Assembly (NCBI GenBank): GCA_017383445.1
Contig: JAFNXQ010000020.1
Span: 35,561 to 99,560, forward strand
DNA length: 64,000 nt
Reading direction: 5' to 3'
Origin: Alistipes sp.
Lineage (GTDB): Bacteria; Bacteroidota; Bacteroidia; Bacteroidales; Rikenellaceae
Within the stretch, counting starts at the first letter, position 1. Each line of letters opens with the position of its first letter. Below, in pieces: positions 29,411 through 39,024 of this stretch. The translations under genes and the position numbers were made by a program. The notes beneath the pieces were generated by a model that saw only the letters and a program-made list of their open reading frames with translations, made no database searches and had not been told where the DNA came from.

Positions 29411-30730
29411 ATGAGATATTTTCTTTCAATCATACTGGCTGTTGCAGCCTTCGCTACGGCCTCGGCACAGCACCGCGTGATGTCACTCGGCGAGTGCTTG
29501 GAGGAGGGCCTGGAGAACAACTACGAAATCCTCATACAACGCAACGAGGCACGCATCAGCGAGAATAACGCTACACGTGCAGCGGCGGGTATGCTCCCCA
29601 CGCTGGATCTCTCGGCAGGCTATGCCGGCAGTGCTGACCGCACCACAACAACGCCTGTCGCCGGCGATAAGATTACCAATAACGGAGCCTACGACCAGAG
29701 CCTCGATGTGGGCCTGTCGCTTAACTGGACTATCTTTGACGGTCTGCGTCTGCGTACCAACTACTCGAAGTTGCAGGAGATGCGTCAGGTGGGCGAGTTG
29801 CAGACCCGTCTGGCTATCGAGGACTTGGTGGCTAACCTTACCGCCGAGTACTATAACCTCATACAGCAGACCATACGCCTGAAAAACTATCGCTATGCCG
29901 TTTCTCTGTCGCGTGAACGTCTGCGTATCACCGAGGAGAGATTCCGTATCGGTAGCTTCTCACGCCTCGATTTGTTGCAGGCACGTGTCGATTTCAACGC
30001 CGACTCGTCGCAGTATATGACACAGCAGGAGCTGGTTACGGCATCGCGTATCCGTATGAACGAGATGATGGGTAACCACGACATCAACCTGCGTTGTGCC
30101 GCCCGCGACTCGGTGATTACGGTGAATGACCGCCTGGAGTGGGATGCGTTGGCCGAGCAGACAGCCTCGACAAATGTGTCGTTGCTCATAGCCGACAGGA
30201 ATACCACCATCTCGGAGCTCGACCTGAAGGCTGTGAAGTCGCGAAACTACCCCTACCTGAACCTTGTGGCTGGGTATGGCTATACGCATAACTATTTCGG
30301 TAGCGGCGAGTTCAAGAGCCGCGGAACTCTCGGCCCCAATGTGGGCTTGAAACTCGGCTTTACAATCTTTGACGGTAACCGCCGCCGCGAGCAACGCAAT
30401 GCCCGTATTGAGGTGGAGAATGCACAATATACACGCGAGCAGTTGAAGCTGGCCCTTATGGCCGATCTGGCCAACTTCTGGCAGGCCTACCAGAACAATC
30501 TGGAGGTCATCAAGCTCGAGACCCAGAACCTTATCTCGGCGAAGGAGAACTACGAAATCGCTATGGAACGCTACCTGCTGGGTAACCTTGCCGGTATCGA
30601 TATGCGTGAGGCACAGAAGAGCCTTCTTGATGCCGAGGAACGTATCCTGACTGCGGAGTATAACGCCAAGCTGTGCGAGATTTCGTTGCAGCAGATTAGT
30701 GGCAACATCCTCGAATACCTGAACGAGTAA
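29411..30730 (+). CDS. TolC-family outer membrane efflux protein
   Basis: Signal peptide, L.ECLE.GLENN, LPTLDL, WTIFDG, ERY..G repeats. Third gene of the RND operon. Confidence 0.92.
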   Translation: MRYFLSIILAVAAFATASAQHRVMSLGECLEEGLENNYEILIQRNEARISENNATRAAAGMLPTLDLSAGYAGSADRTTTTPVAGDKITNNGAYDQSLDVGLSLNWTIFDGLRLRTNYSKLQEMRQVGELQTRLAIEDLVANLTAEYYNLIQQTIRLKNYRYAVSLSRERLRITEERFRIGSFSRLDLLQARVDFNADSSQYMTQQELVTASRIRMNEMMGNHDINLRCAARDSVITVNDRLEWDALAEQTASTNVSLLIADRNTTISELDLKAVKSRNYPYLNLVAGYGYTHNYFGSGEFKSRGTLGPNVGLKLGFTIFDGNRRREQRNARIEVENAQYTREQLKLALMADLANFWQAYQNNLEVIKLETQNLISAKENYEIAMERYLLGNLAGIDMREAQKSLLDAEERILTAEYNAKLCEISLQQISGNILEYLNE

Positions 30731-30844
30731 CCCTTTACGTCGGGGTCGGGTAGTGCAAAAAGACAGTTTGCCGGGTAAAAAATCGTGTTTTTGGAGCCTT
30801 GTGGGGTGTTTTGAGCAGAAAAATACACTTTTTTTGCAAAAAAA

Positions 30845-30875
30845 TTTGCAGAATCATTTTTTTGCTCTATATTTG
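30845..30875 (+). promoter_or_regulatory. Bacteroidota promoter of tRNA-Glu
   Basis: TTTG (30845-30848), a 19 nt spacer, then TATATTTG (30868-30875). Confidence 0.75.
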
Positions 30876-30890
30876 CACCACGAAACAAAC

Positions 30891-30962
30891 GGTGGATTCA
30901 TCTAAGGGCTAGGATACATGCCTCTCACGCATGACATAGGGGTTCGAATCCCCTATCCACTA
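30891..30962 (+). tRNA. tRNA-Glu(CTC), CCA not encoded
   Basis: Acceptor stem GGTGGAT/ATCCACT, anticodon arm CATGC-CTCTCAC-GCATG, T arm AGGGG-TTCGAAT-CCCCT; 72 nt. Confidence 0.95.
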
Positions 30963-30969
30963 CAAAACA

Positions 30970-30999
30970 AAAGCAGTCAATAAATTGGCTGCTTTTTTT
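30970..30999 (+). terminator. Terminator after tRNA-Glu
   Basis: AAAGCAGTCAA-taaa-TTGGCTGCTTT followed by a T run. Confidence 0.75.
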
Positions 31000-31670
31000 G
31001 TTTTTCCGTGAATAGGGAATCCGTTCAGTCGGTGGCGGTATGGCCAAATAGTCTGCGATATCAAAGCATAGGCTTATTGCTACGCAATGATAAGCATTGT
31101 ACCGATAGTTAAAAAGATTATGACTATCCTTTTATCTATCTGTACAATCCTTACAACGAAGTTGCTTGCCTATGCTTCTCTATCTTGTTTGGCTCAGACT
31201 TGCGGCGACCGTTCGAATCCTGATAGGGGAGAGTGCTGTGTAAGTAAATTTATTGGCCGGGGTGGTCTTGTTCAGGCCCCGCGGCAAGCTATGGGGAAAG
31301 GCGTCAAGCGGAGCAGACCCCAGTCTGCGAGTAGCCAATCCTGCCAAAATTACCCCGTTATCCATCTCTTTTACGCACTCCTGTTTTGCAGCCATTTTTA
31401 CAGCCGTTTTTTATACAAAATACTCCATTCGGTATATATTATGCTGGGAATGAGCAGATATTATAGCAAAAAATAGTGTTTTTGTGATAAATTTTGGTAT
31501 ATTTGTGCGTGCCAAGAACAAAAAATGTCGCGAATAGCGGGAGAAAATGGCGTTTGTAGGCCCCTTCTGCAATGTGATTGGCCAGGTTAACGGAGTGTTT
31601 ACAACAAGCAGTCGCCTCGTGCAGCCTCTTGGGTGGGCAACGATGGCTGCCTGGTAAATTTTGTATTCAG

Positions 31671-32624
31671 ATGAAAGAACAGCTGGAAGGACTGAATAGT
31701 TTGACCATTAACTTTGGTGAGGGAGGTATGTTCATTGTGAACATCATACTCGCATTCGTGATGTTTGGTGTGGCGTTGGGTATCAAGCCACAGATGTTCA
31801 AAGATGTTTTCAAGAACCCCAAGTCGGTATTGACGGGTGTTTTTCTGCAATGGGTGGGTCTGCCCGCAGTCACTTTTGCGGTGGTGTTGCTGCTCAACCA
31901 TTGGATTACCCCCATGGTTGCCCTCGGTATGATTCTGGTGGCATCGTGCCCGGGTGGAAACATCTCAAACTTCATCTCTTCGCTATCGAAGGGAAACATC
32001 GAGCTCTCGGTCTCTATGACCGCCGTAACAACGGCTTTTGCTCCGCTGGTAACGCCCTTTAATTTCTTCTTCTGGGGTACGCTTTACAGCCAGGTTATCA
32101 GCATTCACAGCGACATACCACGTCTTGTGATTCCATTTTTGCCTATGCTCGAGCAGATATTGTTGCTGCTGGGTGTGCCTATCGTGCTGGGTCTGCTCTT
32201 TGCTCGCTACTTCCCCAATGCGACAAAGCGTATCACCCGCCCTGCACAGATGCTCTCTATTATGCTCTTCCTGGCGATGGTTACGGTGTCATTCTCGCAG
32301 AACTGGCAACTCTTCATCGATAACCTCTTCTACATCGTCATCATTGTCTTCATCCACAATGGCTGTGCGTTGGGAACAGGTTTTCTGGGAGGTACGCTGA
32401 TGAAGGTGCCTACGGCCGATCGCCGTTCACTCACCATCGAGACCGGTATTCAGAACTCCGGCTTGGGACTCATCCTCCTGTTCAACGCCGCTATCTTCCC
32501 GCCCGAGATATGGCACGGCCACTATGGCGGTATGCTCATCATCACAGCGTGGTGGGGTATCTGGCATATTATTTCGGGACTTACGGTGGCCTATATGTTC
32601 CGCCGAACACCTATCAACGATTAG
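31671..32624 (+). CDS. Bile acid:sodium symporter (BASS/SBF) family transporter (start at ATG 31671)
   Basis: MFGVALG, CPGGNISN, KGNIELSVSMT, IETGIQNSGLG. A TATATTTG promoter box lies at 31498-31505. Confidence 0.9.
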   Translation: MKEQLEGLNSLTINFGEGGMFIVNIILAFVMFGVALGIKPQMFKDVFKNPKSVLTGVFLQWVGLPAVTFAVVLLLNHWITPMVALGMILVASCPGGNISNFISSLSKGNIELSVSMTAVTTAFAPLVTPFNFFFWGTLYSQVISIHSDIPRLVIPFLPMLEQILLLLGVPIVLGLLFARYFPNATKRITRPAQMLSIMLFLAMVTVSFSQNWQLFIDNLFYIVIIVFIHNGCALGTGFLGGTLMKVPTADRRSLTIETGIQNSGLGLILLFNAAIFPPEIWHGHYGGMLIITAWWGIWHIISGLTVAYMFRRTPIND

Positions 32625-32627
32625 CTT

Positions 32628-33953
32628 ATGGCTCAACCAAAGAAGATTCAGGACTACAACAGGTGGTATCATCTGTTGCGTCACTATGTGGATTTCGTTC
32701 TACGCCTGTCATATCGCAGCATACGCTATGTGGGGCGAGAGAATATTCCGCAGGATGGTGCTGTGATATACGCACCCAACCACACCAATGCTCTGATGGA
32801 TGCGTTGGTTATCCTGGCTATGGATAAGAAGGCGAAGGTCTTCGTTGCCCGTGCCGACATTTTCCGTCGTCCGCTGCTGGCGAAGATATTCTCGTTTCTG
32901 AAAATTATGCCCATTATGCGTATGCGTGACGGCATCGACGAGGTGAAGAAGAACACCGAGACGATAGAGAGGGCTGTCGATGTGTTGCGTGACAAGGTGC
33001 CCTTCTGCATCTTCCCCGAGGGTACGCATCAGACTAAATACTCGGCTCTGCCGCTGTCGAAGGGTATCTTCCGCATAGCCTTTCAGGCACAGGAGATGAT
33101 GCCCGATATGCCACTCTATATCGTTCCCGTGGGTCTGCGTTATGGCAGCTTCTTCCGCTTCCGTTCGACGGTGCGTGTGCAGATTGGAGAGCCTATCAAT
33201 GTGGGCGAGTTCACCGCTTCGCACAGCGATATGACGCCGCAGGAGCAGATGAACGCAATGAAGGATGTGCTTGCCGAGCGTATGCAGCAATCGACTCTTT
33301 ACATCCCCAACGACGAGGACTACGATGCCACCTACGACATCTGTGCCGCTGTGGTCAAGCAACGCGTGGATGAGATGAACGGTCGTGGTCGCCGTCTGCG
33401 TGGTATGGAGGCCTACTTCGAGGCTAACAATGCAACGGTCAAGCAGATACTTCAGCTCAAGGAGGAGGACCCCGAAAAGGCTACACGCCTGCTGACGCTG
33501 GGTCGCGAGGCTTCGCAGATTCGTAAGGCCAATAACATCAGCCTTTCGTCTATATCAATCAAATATCCCTTCTGGTCGCGAGTGCTGAAGACGCTGGTGC
33601 TGATAGCCAAGCTGCCGTATAATATTCCCGTTACGCTACTTACGCTGCCTATCAAGTTGCTGTGTGCATACCTCTTCACCAAGCTGAAGGACTATGCTTT
33701 CCGCAACTCTATCCGCTATCTGGCAAATCTTGTGCTGTGGCCCGTGCTGATGATAATCTACTCGGTCATAGCTTTTGTCTATCTGCCGTGGCAGTGGGCT
33801 CTGCTGGTCATCGTGCTGTTGCTGCCTGCACCTATCGTGGCACACGAGACCTACCGTCTGGTGAGAATTATGATTTCCGACACCAAGCTGTTGCTCAATA
33901 AGCCTTTGCGTGAGAAGTACGCAAAGATAAGAGAGATGATTTTTAACGAATAA
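32628..33953 (+). CDS. PlsC-family glycerolipid acyltransferase with C-terminal TM extension
   Basis: HX4D motif NHTNALMD, FVARAD, IFPEG, IVPVG, hydrophobic C-terminus. Confidence 0.88.
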   Translation: MAQPKKIQDYNRWYHLLRHYVDFVLRLSYRSIRYVGRENIPQDGAVIYAPNHTNALMDALVILAMDKKAKVFVARADIFRRPLLAKIFSFLKIMPIMRMRDGIDEVKKNTETIERAVDVLRDKVPFCIFPEGTHQTKYSALPLSKGIFRIAFQAQEMMPDMPLYIVPVGLRYGSFFRFRSTVRVQIGEPINVGEFTASHSDMTPQEQMNAMKDVLAERMQQSTLYIPNDEDYDATYDICAAVVKQRVDEMNGRGRRLRGMEAYFEANNATVKQILQLKEEDPEKATRLLTLGREASQIRKANNISLSSISIKYPFWSRVLKTLVLIAKLPYNIPVTLLTLPIKLLCAYLFTKLKDYAFRNSIRYLANLVLWPVLMIIYSVIAFVYLPWQWALLVIVLLLPAPIVAHETYRLVRIMISDTKLLLNKPLREKYAKIREMIFNE

Positions 33954-33973
33954 CACAGAATAACACACCGATT

Positions 33974-35413
33974 ATGAGATTACGATACATTACAGCCATT
34001 CTGTTGGCAGCACTGTGCTGCAATGAGGCCTTTGCTCAAAGCTCTGCCACAGAGCAGACCTCTGCCGAGGCTCCCGCCAAGAAGGAGATTGTAAAGACAG
34101 GATATAACTTCGGCCCGCTGCCGGCGGTGGCCTTCGATGCCGATAAGGGATTCCAGCTGGGAGCCCTGCTCAACATCTACGACTTTGGCGATGGCTCGAC
34201 CTATCCCAACACACGCCAGCAGTGGTACTTCGAGGCGTCGTTCTTCACCAAGGGCTCGCAGCTCTTTGTGGTGTCGTATGACAACCGATTCACCATCCCC
34301 GGCGTACGCTGGTCATCGACCGTCACGCTTACCAACGACAAGGCTATGGACTTCTATGGCTTCAATGGTTATATGTCATACTACGACCACGAGAAGGTGG
34401 CTCTGGGTAAGGACAAGCAGAATCACGACAACTATATCTATACGCCCAAATATCGCGTAAACCGCCTTGCCCTGCTCTTCAAGACCGACTTTGTGGGCAA
34501 TATCTGGAACAATAAACTCTTCTGGGAGGCGGGCTACCATTTGAGCTACATCAAGCAGGGATATAAGGATCAGCAGGCTCTCAACCTCGACAAGATTAAC
34601 AAAAACAAGGAGGAGTATAAGATGTTCCCTGCCGATGAGCCTACCGTCTTCGATATGTACCGCCAATGGGGTATCATCTCCGATGATGAGGCGTGGGGTG
34701 GCCTCAACAGCACCGTTCGCGTGGGCTTGCTGTTCGATACACGCGACAAGGAGGGTGCTCCCTCGCGTGGTGTGTGGGCCGAGGCTCACGCTATGCTTGC
34801 TCCGGGCTGGTTAGGTACGACAAACCCCTATTACCGCTACTCGGCAACCTTCCGTCACTATCTGCCCATCGTCAAGAACGATGTGCTCACCTTCGCCTAC
34901 CGCCTGAACTATGAGGGTACCTTCGGCAAGTCGGCTCCATACTATATCCTGCCCTACATTACCGTTATGGGCCCCTCTTATGACCGCGATGGTATGGGTG
35001 GCTACCGCACCATTCGAGGCTTGATGCGTAACCGCGTGCAGGGCCTTGATGTGGCATCGTACAATGCCGAGCTGCGTTGGCGTTTTGTCAATTTCACGCT
35101 TTGGAAGCAGAATATAGCCTTTGGTCTTAACCTGTTCAGCGATGGTACTATGGTAACACGCAACTACGATATGTCGTTCCGAGGCGAGGAGCAGCACCGC
35201 GAGTCTTACGATGCCTATATGGCCGCTTCGGGCAACCGCACAGCCGACCGTCCTCACATCACCGTAGGTGGTGGTCTGCGTTTCATTATGAACCAGAACT
35301 TCATCGTCGCCTTTGAGTATGGTCTGCCGCTGAGCAAGTTCAGCAGCGACCCCTTCATCAAGAATCAGGACGGCAACGGAGCCTTCTATATCAATACGGG
35401 TTACCTCTTCTAA
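33974..35413 (+). CDS. Omp85/BamA-TamA-superfamily beta-barrel without obvious POTRA domains
   Basis: Signal peptide, PLPAVAFDAD.G, FDTRD....PSRG, GGYRTIRG lid motif, terminal GYLF. Confidence 0.8.
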   Translation: MRLRYITAILLAALCCNEAFAQSSATEQTSAEAPAKKEIVKTGYNFGPLPAVAFDADKGFQLGALLNIYDFGDGSTYPNTRQQWYFEASFFTKGSQLFVVSYDNRFTIPGVRWSSTVTLTNDKAMDFYGFNGYMSYYDHEKVALGKDKQNHDNYIYTPKYRVNRLALLFKTDFVGNIWNNKLFWEAGYHLSYIKQGYKDQQALNLDKINKNKEEYKMFPADEPTVFDMYRQWGIISDDEAWGGLNSTVRVGLLFDTRDKEGAPSRGVWAEAHAMLAPGWLGTTNPYYRYSATFRHYLPIVKNDVLTFAYRLNYEGTFGKSAPYYILPYITVMGPSYDRDGMGGYRTIRGLMRNRVQGLDVASYNAELRWRFVNFTLWKQNIAFGLNLFSDGTMVTRNYDMSFRGEEQHRESYDAYMAASGNRTADRPHITVGGGLRFIMNQNFIVAFEYGLPLSKFSSDPFIKNQDGNGAFYINTGYLF

Positions 35414-35452
35414 TCCTCGCAAAAGGAGTTCTAATCGTTGCAAAGTGTTGGT

Positions 35453-36247
35453 ATGAAGCGTTTTGCACTTGTCACGGGAGCCTCGTCGGGCATTGGCGAG
35501 GAGTACGCCCGCCAGCTCTCTGCAAAGGGGTATAACATCATCGTCGTCAGCGAACGCGATGCCGAGAACTGCCGCGTGGCGGAGTCACTGCGTGCGGAGT
35601 ATGGCGTTGAGGCTCTGCCGCTGTGTGTCGATTTGACCGAGGCGGACGCAGCTCAAAGGGTATTCGACTTTGCACAAAAAATCGACGGCGATGTCGAGAT
35701 AGTTGTGAATAATGCCGGTATGTTGCTCTTTTCACGTTTGGAGCATACGGCCGATGACCGCCTCGACAAGATTGTAGCTCTGCACTGCACTACACCCACG
35801 AAACTATGCCGTCTGTTTGCTTCGGCTATGACTCGTCGCGGGCGAGGATATATCCTTCTGATGTCGTCCGTTACGGCGTGGACTCCCTATCCGACCATTT
35901 CGCACTATGCCGCTACGAAGGCCTATTTGAAGAGTTTCGGGCAGTCGTTGTGGTACGAGATGCGTGGCCGTGGTGTGAGCATTACTACGGTCTTCCCTTC
36001 GGCAGTTGATACACCTTTCTATAATCTCGACGACAAGATGCGTCGCCGCCTGTTGTGTTGCGGTCTGATGCTCTCGGCCGAGGATGTGGCACGCCGTGCC
36101 CTGCGGGCTATGCTCCGCCGCCGCAGAAGGTGCCTGCCAGGCTTCTGGACCAAGCTGGAAGCAGCCGTCTGTGCTCTCCTGCCGGCGTGGGTGCTGTTAC
36201 CCATAATGAAGATTCCCGCAGTAAAGAAAATATTGGAGAGAGTATAA
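35453..36247 (+). CDS. Short-chain dehydrogenase/reductase (start at ATG 35453)
   Basis: TGASSGIG, NNAG, catalytic Ser and YAATK. Confidence 0.92.
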   Translation: MKRFALVTGASSGIGEEYARQLSAKGYNIIVVSERDAENCRVAESLRAEYGVEALPLCVDLTEADAAQRVFDFAQKIDGDVEIVVNNAGMLLFSRLEHTADDRLDKIVALHCTTPTKLCRLFASAMTRRGRGYILLMSSVTAWTPYPTISHYAATKAYLKSFGQSLWYEMRGRGVSITTVFPSAVDTPFYNLDDKMRRRLLCCGLMLSAEDVARRALRAMLRRRRRCLPGFWTKLEAAVCALLPAWVLLPIMKIPAVKKILERV

Positions 36248-36250
36248 AGA

Positions 36251-36281
36251 AAAAGGGTTGTCCTTGTGGGACAACCCTTTT
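36251..36281. terminator. Bidirectional terminator between SDR and gdhA
   Basis: AAAAGGGTTGTCC...GGACAACCCTTTT hairpin. Confidence 0.8.
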
Positions 36282-36303
36282 CTCTATATAAAATTCTGAA
36301 TTT

Positions 36304-37644
36304 TTAGATTACGCCCTGCTCCAGCATAGCCTGTGCTACCTTCATAAAGCCGGCGATGTTAGCACCCTTCACATAGTTGATTGTGCCATCCTTCTGCTCG
36401 CCGTAGCGTACGCAAGCCTCGTGGATAGACTCCATAATGAAGTGCAGCTTCTCGTCAACCTCCTTGCCAGACCAAGAGATGTGCATACAGTTCTGCGTCA
36501 TCTCCAAACCTGATGTAGCCACGCCACCGGCATTCACTGCCTTACCCGGAGCAAACAGGATGCCTGCTGCCTGGAATGTGTGGATAGCCTCGGGAGTACA
36601 ACCCATATTCGATACCTCGGCAACACACCAAGTACCATTTGCCAGCAACTCCTTCGCATCGGCCTCGTTAAGCTCGTTCTGGAATGCACAAGGCAGTGCG
36701 ATGTCACACTTCACCGACCAAGCCTTCTTGCCGGGGGTGAATGTAGCGTCGGTGAACTTCTCGGCAAAAGGAGCCACGATGTTGCGGTTCGATGCACGCA
36801 ACTCCAACATATAGTTAATCTTCTCGTCGGTCATACCGTTGGGGTTATATACCACGCCGTCGGGACCCGAAATAGCGATAACCTTTGCACCGAGCTCGGT
36901 AGCCTTCTTCGCAGCACCCCAAGCCACGTTACCGAAGCCTGAGAGGGCGATAGTAGCACCCTTGAGGCTCTTACCGGCCTTTGCCAGCATATGCTCAACG
37001 AAGTACAACGCACCAAAGCCTGTTGCCTCGGGACGGAGGATAGAGCCACCCCAAGTCATACCCTTACCTGTCAATACGCCAGTGTGGTACTCGCGTGCGA
37101 GCTTCTGATACATACCGTTGAGGAAGCCAATCTCGCGACCGCCTACGCCCACGTCACCTGCGGGAACGTCGGTATCAACGCCGATGTTACGCCACAACTC
37201 GAGCATAAAGGCCTGGCAGAAACGCATAATCTCGGCGTCAGACTTGCCTGTTGGGTCGAAGTCAGAGCCACCCTTCGCACCACCCATAGGAAGAGTAGTG
37301 AGGGCATTCTTGAATGTCTGCTCAAAACCGAGGAACTTCAACATTGAAGGATTCACAGCCTTGTGGAAGCGGAGACCGCCCTTGTAAGGACCAATCGCAC
37401 TGTTGAACTGTACGCGATAGCCGAGGTTAGTCTGAATCTCGCCCTTGTCATCAACCCACGTTACGCGGAATGTGAAGATACGGTCAGGCTCAACCATACG
37501 TTCAACGATTTTAGCTTTCTCAAATTCGGGATGCTCGTTATAAACCTCCTCGATAGACTCCAATACCTCGCGAACTGCTTGTAGATACTCGCTTTCGCCC
37601 GGGTGCTTGCGTTCAAGCTCCGCCATTACTTCATTTACGTTCAT
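36304..37644 (-). CDS. gdhA: Glutamate dehydrogenase (start at ATG 37644, 446 aa)
   Basis: GPYKGGLRFH, MGGAKGGSDFDP, DVPAGDVG, RPEATG, SGFGNV, PGKAVNAGGV. A TATATTTG box lies at 37684-37691 on the minus strand. Confidence 0.95.
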   Translation of the reverse strand: MNVNEVMAELERKHPGESEYLQAVREVLESIEEVYNEHPEFEKAKIVERMVEPDRIFTFRVTWVDDKGEIQTNLGYRVQFNSAIGPYKGGLRFHKAVNPSMLKFLGFEQTFKNALTTLPMGGAKGGSDFDPTGKSDAEIMRFCQAFMLELWRNIGVDTDVPAGDVGVGGREIGFLNGMYQKLAREYHTGVLTGKGMTWGGSILRPEATGFGALYFVEHMLAKAGKSLKGATIALSGFGNVAWGAAKKATELGAKVIAISGPDGVVYNPNGMTDEKINYMLELRASNRNIVAPFAEKFTDATFTPGKKAWSVKCDIALPCAFQNELNEADAKELLANGTWCVAEVSNMGCTPEAIHTFQAAGILFAPGKAVNAGGVATSGLEMTQNCMHISWSGKEVDEKLHFIMESIHEACVRYGEQKDGTINYVKGANIAGFMKVAQAMLEQGVI

Positions 37645-37877
37645 ATTAAATATAGTTTTAAGTTTTAGGTGTTTCTGTTTATACAAATATAACAATATTT
37701 TATTCCGATTGTAAAACAAAACGAGAAAAAAATAACGAAAATGTAATTTTTTATATCGCATTAAGCCCAAATTCTGATACAAAGAGGTTGTTATGCGATG
37801 AAAAATCCGAAATCAGGCAGAGGTTTGCGGGGGAGAATAGCGTGTCGGAAACCCTCTGACGGATAGACACCATATAA

Positions 37878-37913
37878 AACCGACAACCCACCTTTTGCGG
37901 CGGGTTGTCGGTT
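37878..37913 (-). terminator. Terminator at the end of the PUL
   Basis: AACCGACAACCC...GGGTTGTCGGTT hairpin just downstream of the last PUL gene. Confidence 0.7.
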
Positions 37914-37947
37914 GTTTGTATATATTTCAGTCTGCTTCTCTCTGCCT

Positions 37948-39024
37948 CTATTCTGCGGCCTCCCAGCCTGTCAGCTGTGCAAAACGGTCGATGACGATAG
38001 CGGCCATCTTCGCCTGCCCGTGGCGGTTGGGATGCTCCGAAGCTCCGAGGTCGGTGGTGCGGTTATATACATTGTGAGAGATGTCTGCCATCTCGCACTT
38101 CTCAATCTCTGCAACCATCTGTGCGACGCACTCCACAGCGTGAGGCGAGTGTACGACACACAAAACGGGCAACTCCTCACCCCAGGCCTCACGCAGCTTT
38201 GCGATGAGTGTGCGGTAGCCCTCCACAAAGAGCTCCTTTTCGGGATGTGGCTGTGTGCTGAAATCGTTTGTGCCGAGAGTAATGACAATAGCATCGGGGC
38301 GATATGTGCTGTTTGCAAAGTCCCATGCCGAGTTCTCATCCTCATCAAAGGTGCGGAAGGCACGTGAGCTCATCGTTGTATTGAAATCCGACAGAGGCTT
38401 CTCATCGCCATAGTTGCGTACCATGCCGCGTCCGGAGTGAGAGATAAGGTTGTAGTCGGCTCCAAAATGCTCGGCTGTAAGAGCTGCGTAGGTGTAGCGG
38501 CAGTTCTCGGTCTCGGCGAGGAAGGGCTCACTGCCCGAGAGGCTCTCGGTGCCGTAGCCACAAGTCAGCGAATCGCCATAAAACTCTATGTGGCGTGCAA
38601 GTGCCAGTTCGTCGGTTGGCAGTAACTTACCCACGACACTCAACGAATGTATTGTCGTGCGACCCTGCTCGGCCTCGGTGGCCTTCTGTATGCGTATGTG
38701 ATGCTCGCCCGTGGCCGCAGCATCGTCAAAAAGCACTACGGTTGTATGCTCGCCCTCACTCTTGAACTTCTCCTGTGCCACGCCATCAACCACAAGGTTG
38801 TAGTAGTTGCACTTGGTGTCGCTGAGTTCGATGGCGAGATATGTACCCTTGAAGCGGATGTCGATATAGACGCCACTCCAATCAAACTGAATTGAGCCAT
38901 CTGCAAGCTCTGCCGTGCGGCCCACCACGCGGATAGGAGCCTCTACGGCCGATAAAGTCTGCTCCGAAGAGCCACAACATCCACTCATTGCGAATAGCAT
39001 AATTGCAATCAAAAACTTTTTCAT
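37948..39024 (-). CDS. SGNH/GDSL esterase lipoprotein, CE2-like
   Basis: Lipobox MSGC, QFDWSG N-terminal domain, GDSLTCGYG, SGRG, LGTND, HP. Confidence 0.85.
   Translation of the reverse strand: MKKFLIAIMLFAMSGCCGSSEQTLSAVEAPIRVVGRTAELADGSIQFDWSGVYIDIRFKGTYLAIELSDTKCNYYNLVVDGVAQEKFKSEGEHTTVVLFDDAAATGEHHIRIQKATEAEQGRTTIHSLSVVGKLLPTDELALARHIEFYGDSLTCGYGTESLSGSEPFLAETENCRYTYAALTAEHFGADYNLISHSGRGMVRNYGDEKPLSDFNTTMSSRAFRTFDEDENSAWDFANSTYRPDAIVITLGTNDFSTQPHPEKELFVEGYRTLIAKLREAWGEELPVLCVVHSPHAVECVAQMVAEIEKCEMADISHNVYNRTTDLGASEHPNRHGQAKMAAIVIDRFAQLTGWEAAE

Noticed and set aside
25284-30730. RND pump as an acquired resistance element
   Set aside because: An ordinary three-gene Bacteroidales RND operon with a housekeeping-type promoter and no mobility genes nearby.
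31010-31050. Cobalamin riboswitch (AATAGGGAATCCG seed)
   Set aside because: The following GGTG..A.TCC, CCCGC.ACTGT and B12-box elements are missing, and no B12-related gene follows.
31175-31231. Second tRNA gene around GTTCGAATCC
   Set aside because: No T stem or anticodon arm can be formed and the segment is too short. Kept only as part of the unexplained-region finding.
31180-31395. 71-aa minus-strand ORF with GVILAG, suggestive of a nucleotidyltransferase remnant
   Set aside because: The GG.GTRL and K motifs are absent and neighbouring frames do not continue the similarity. Too weak to call a pseudogene.
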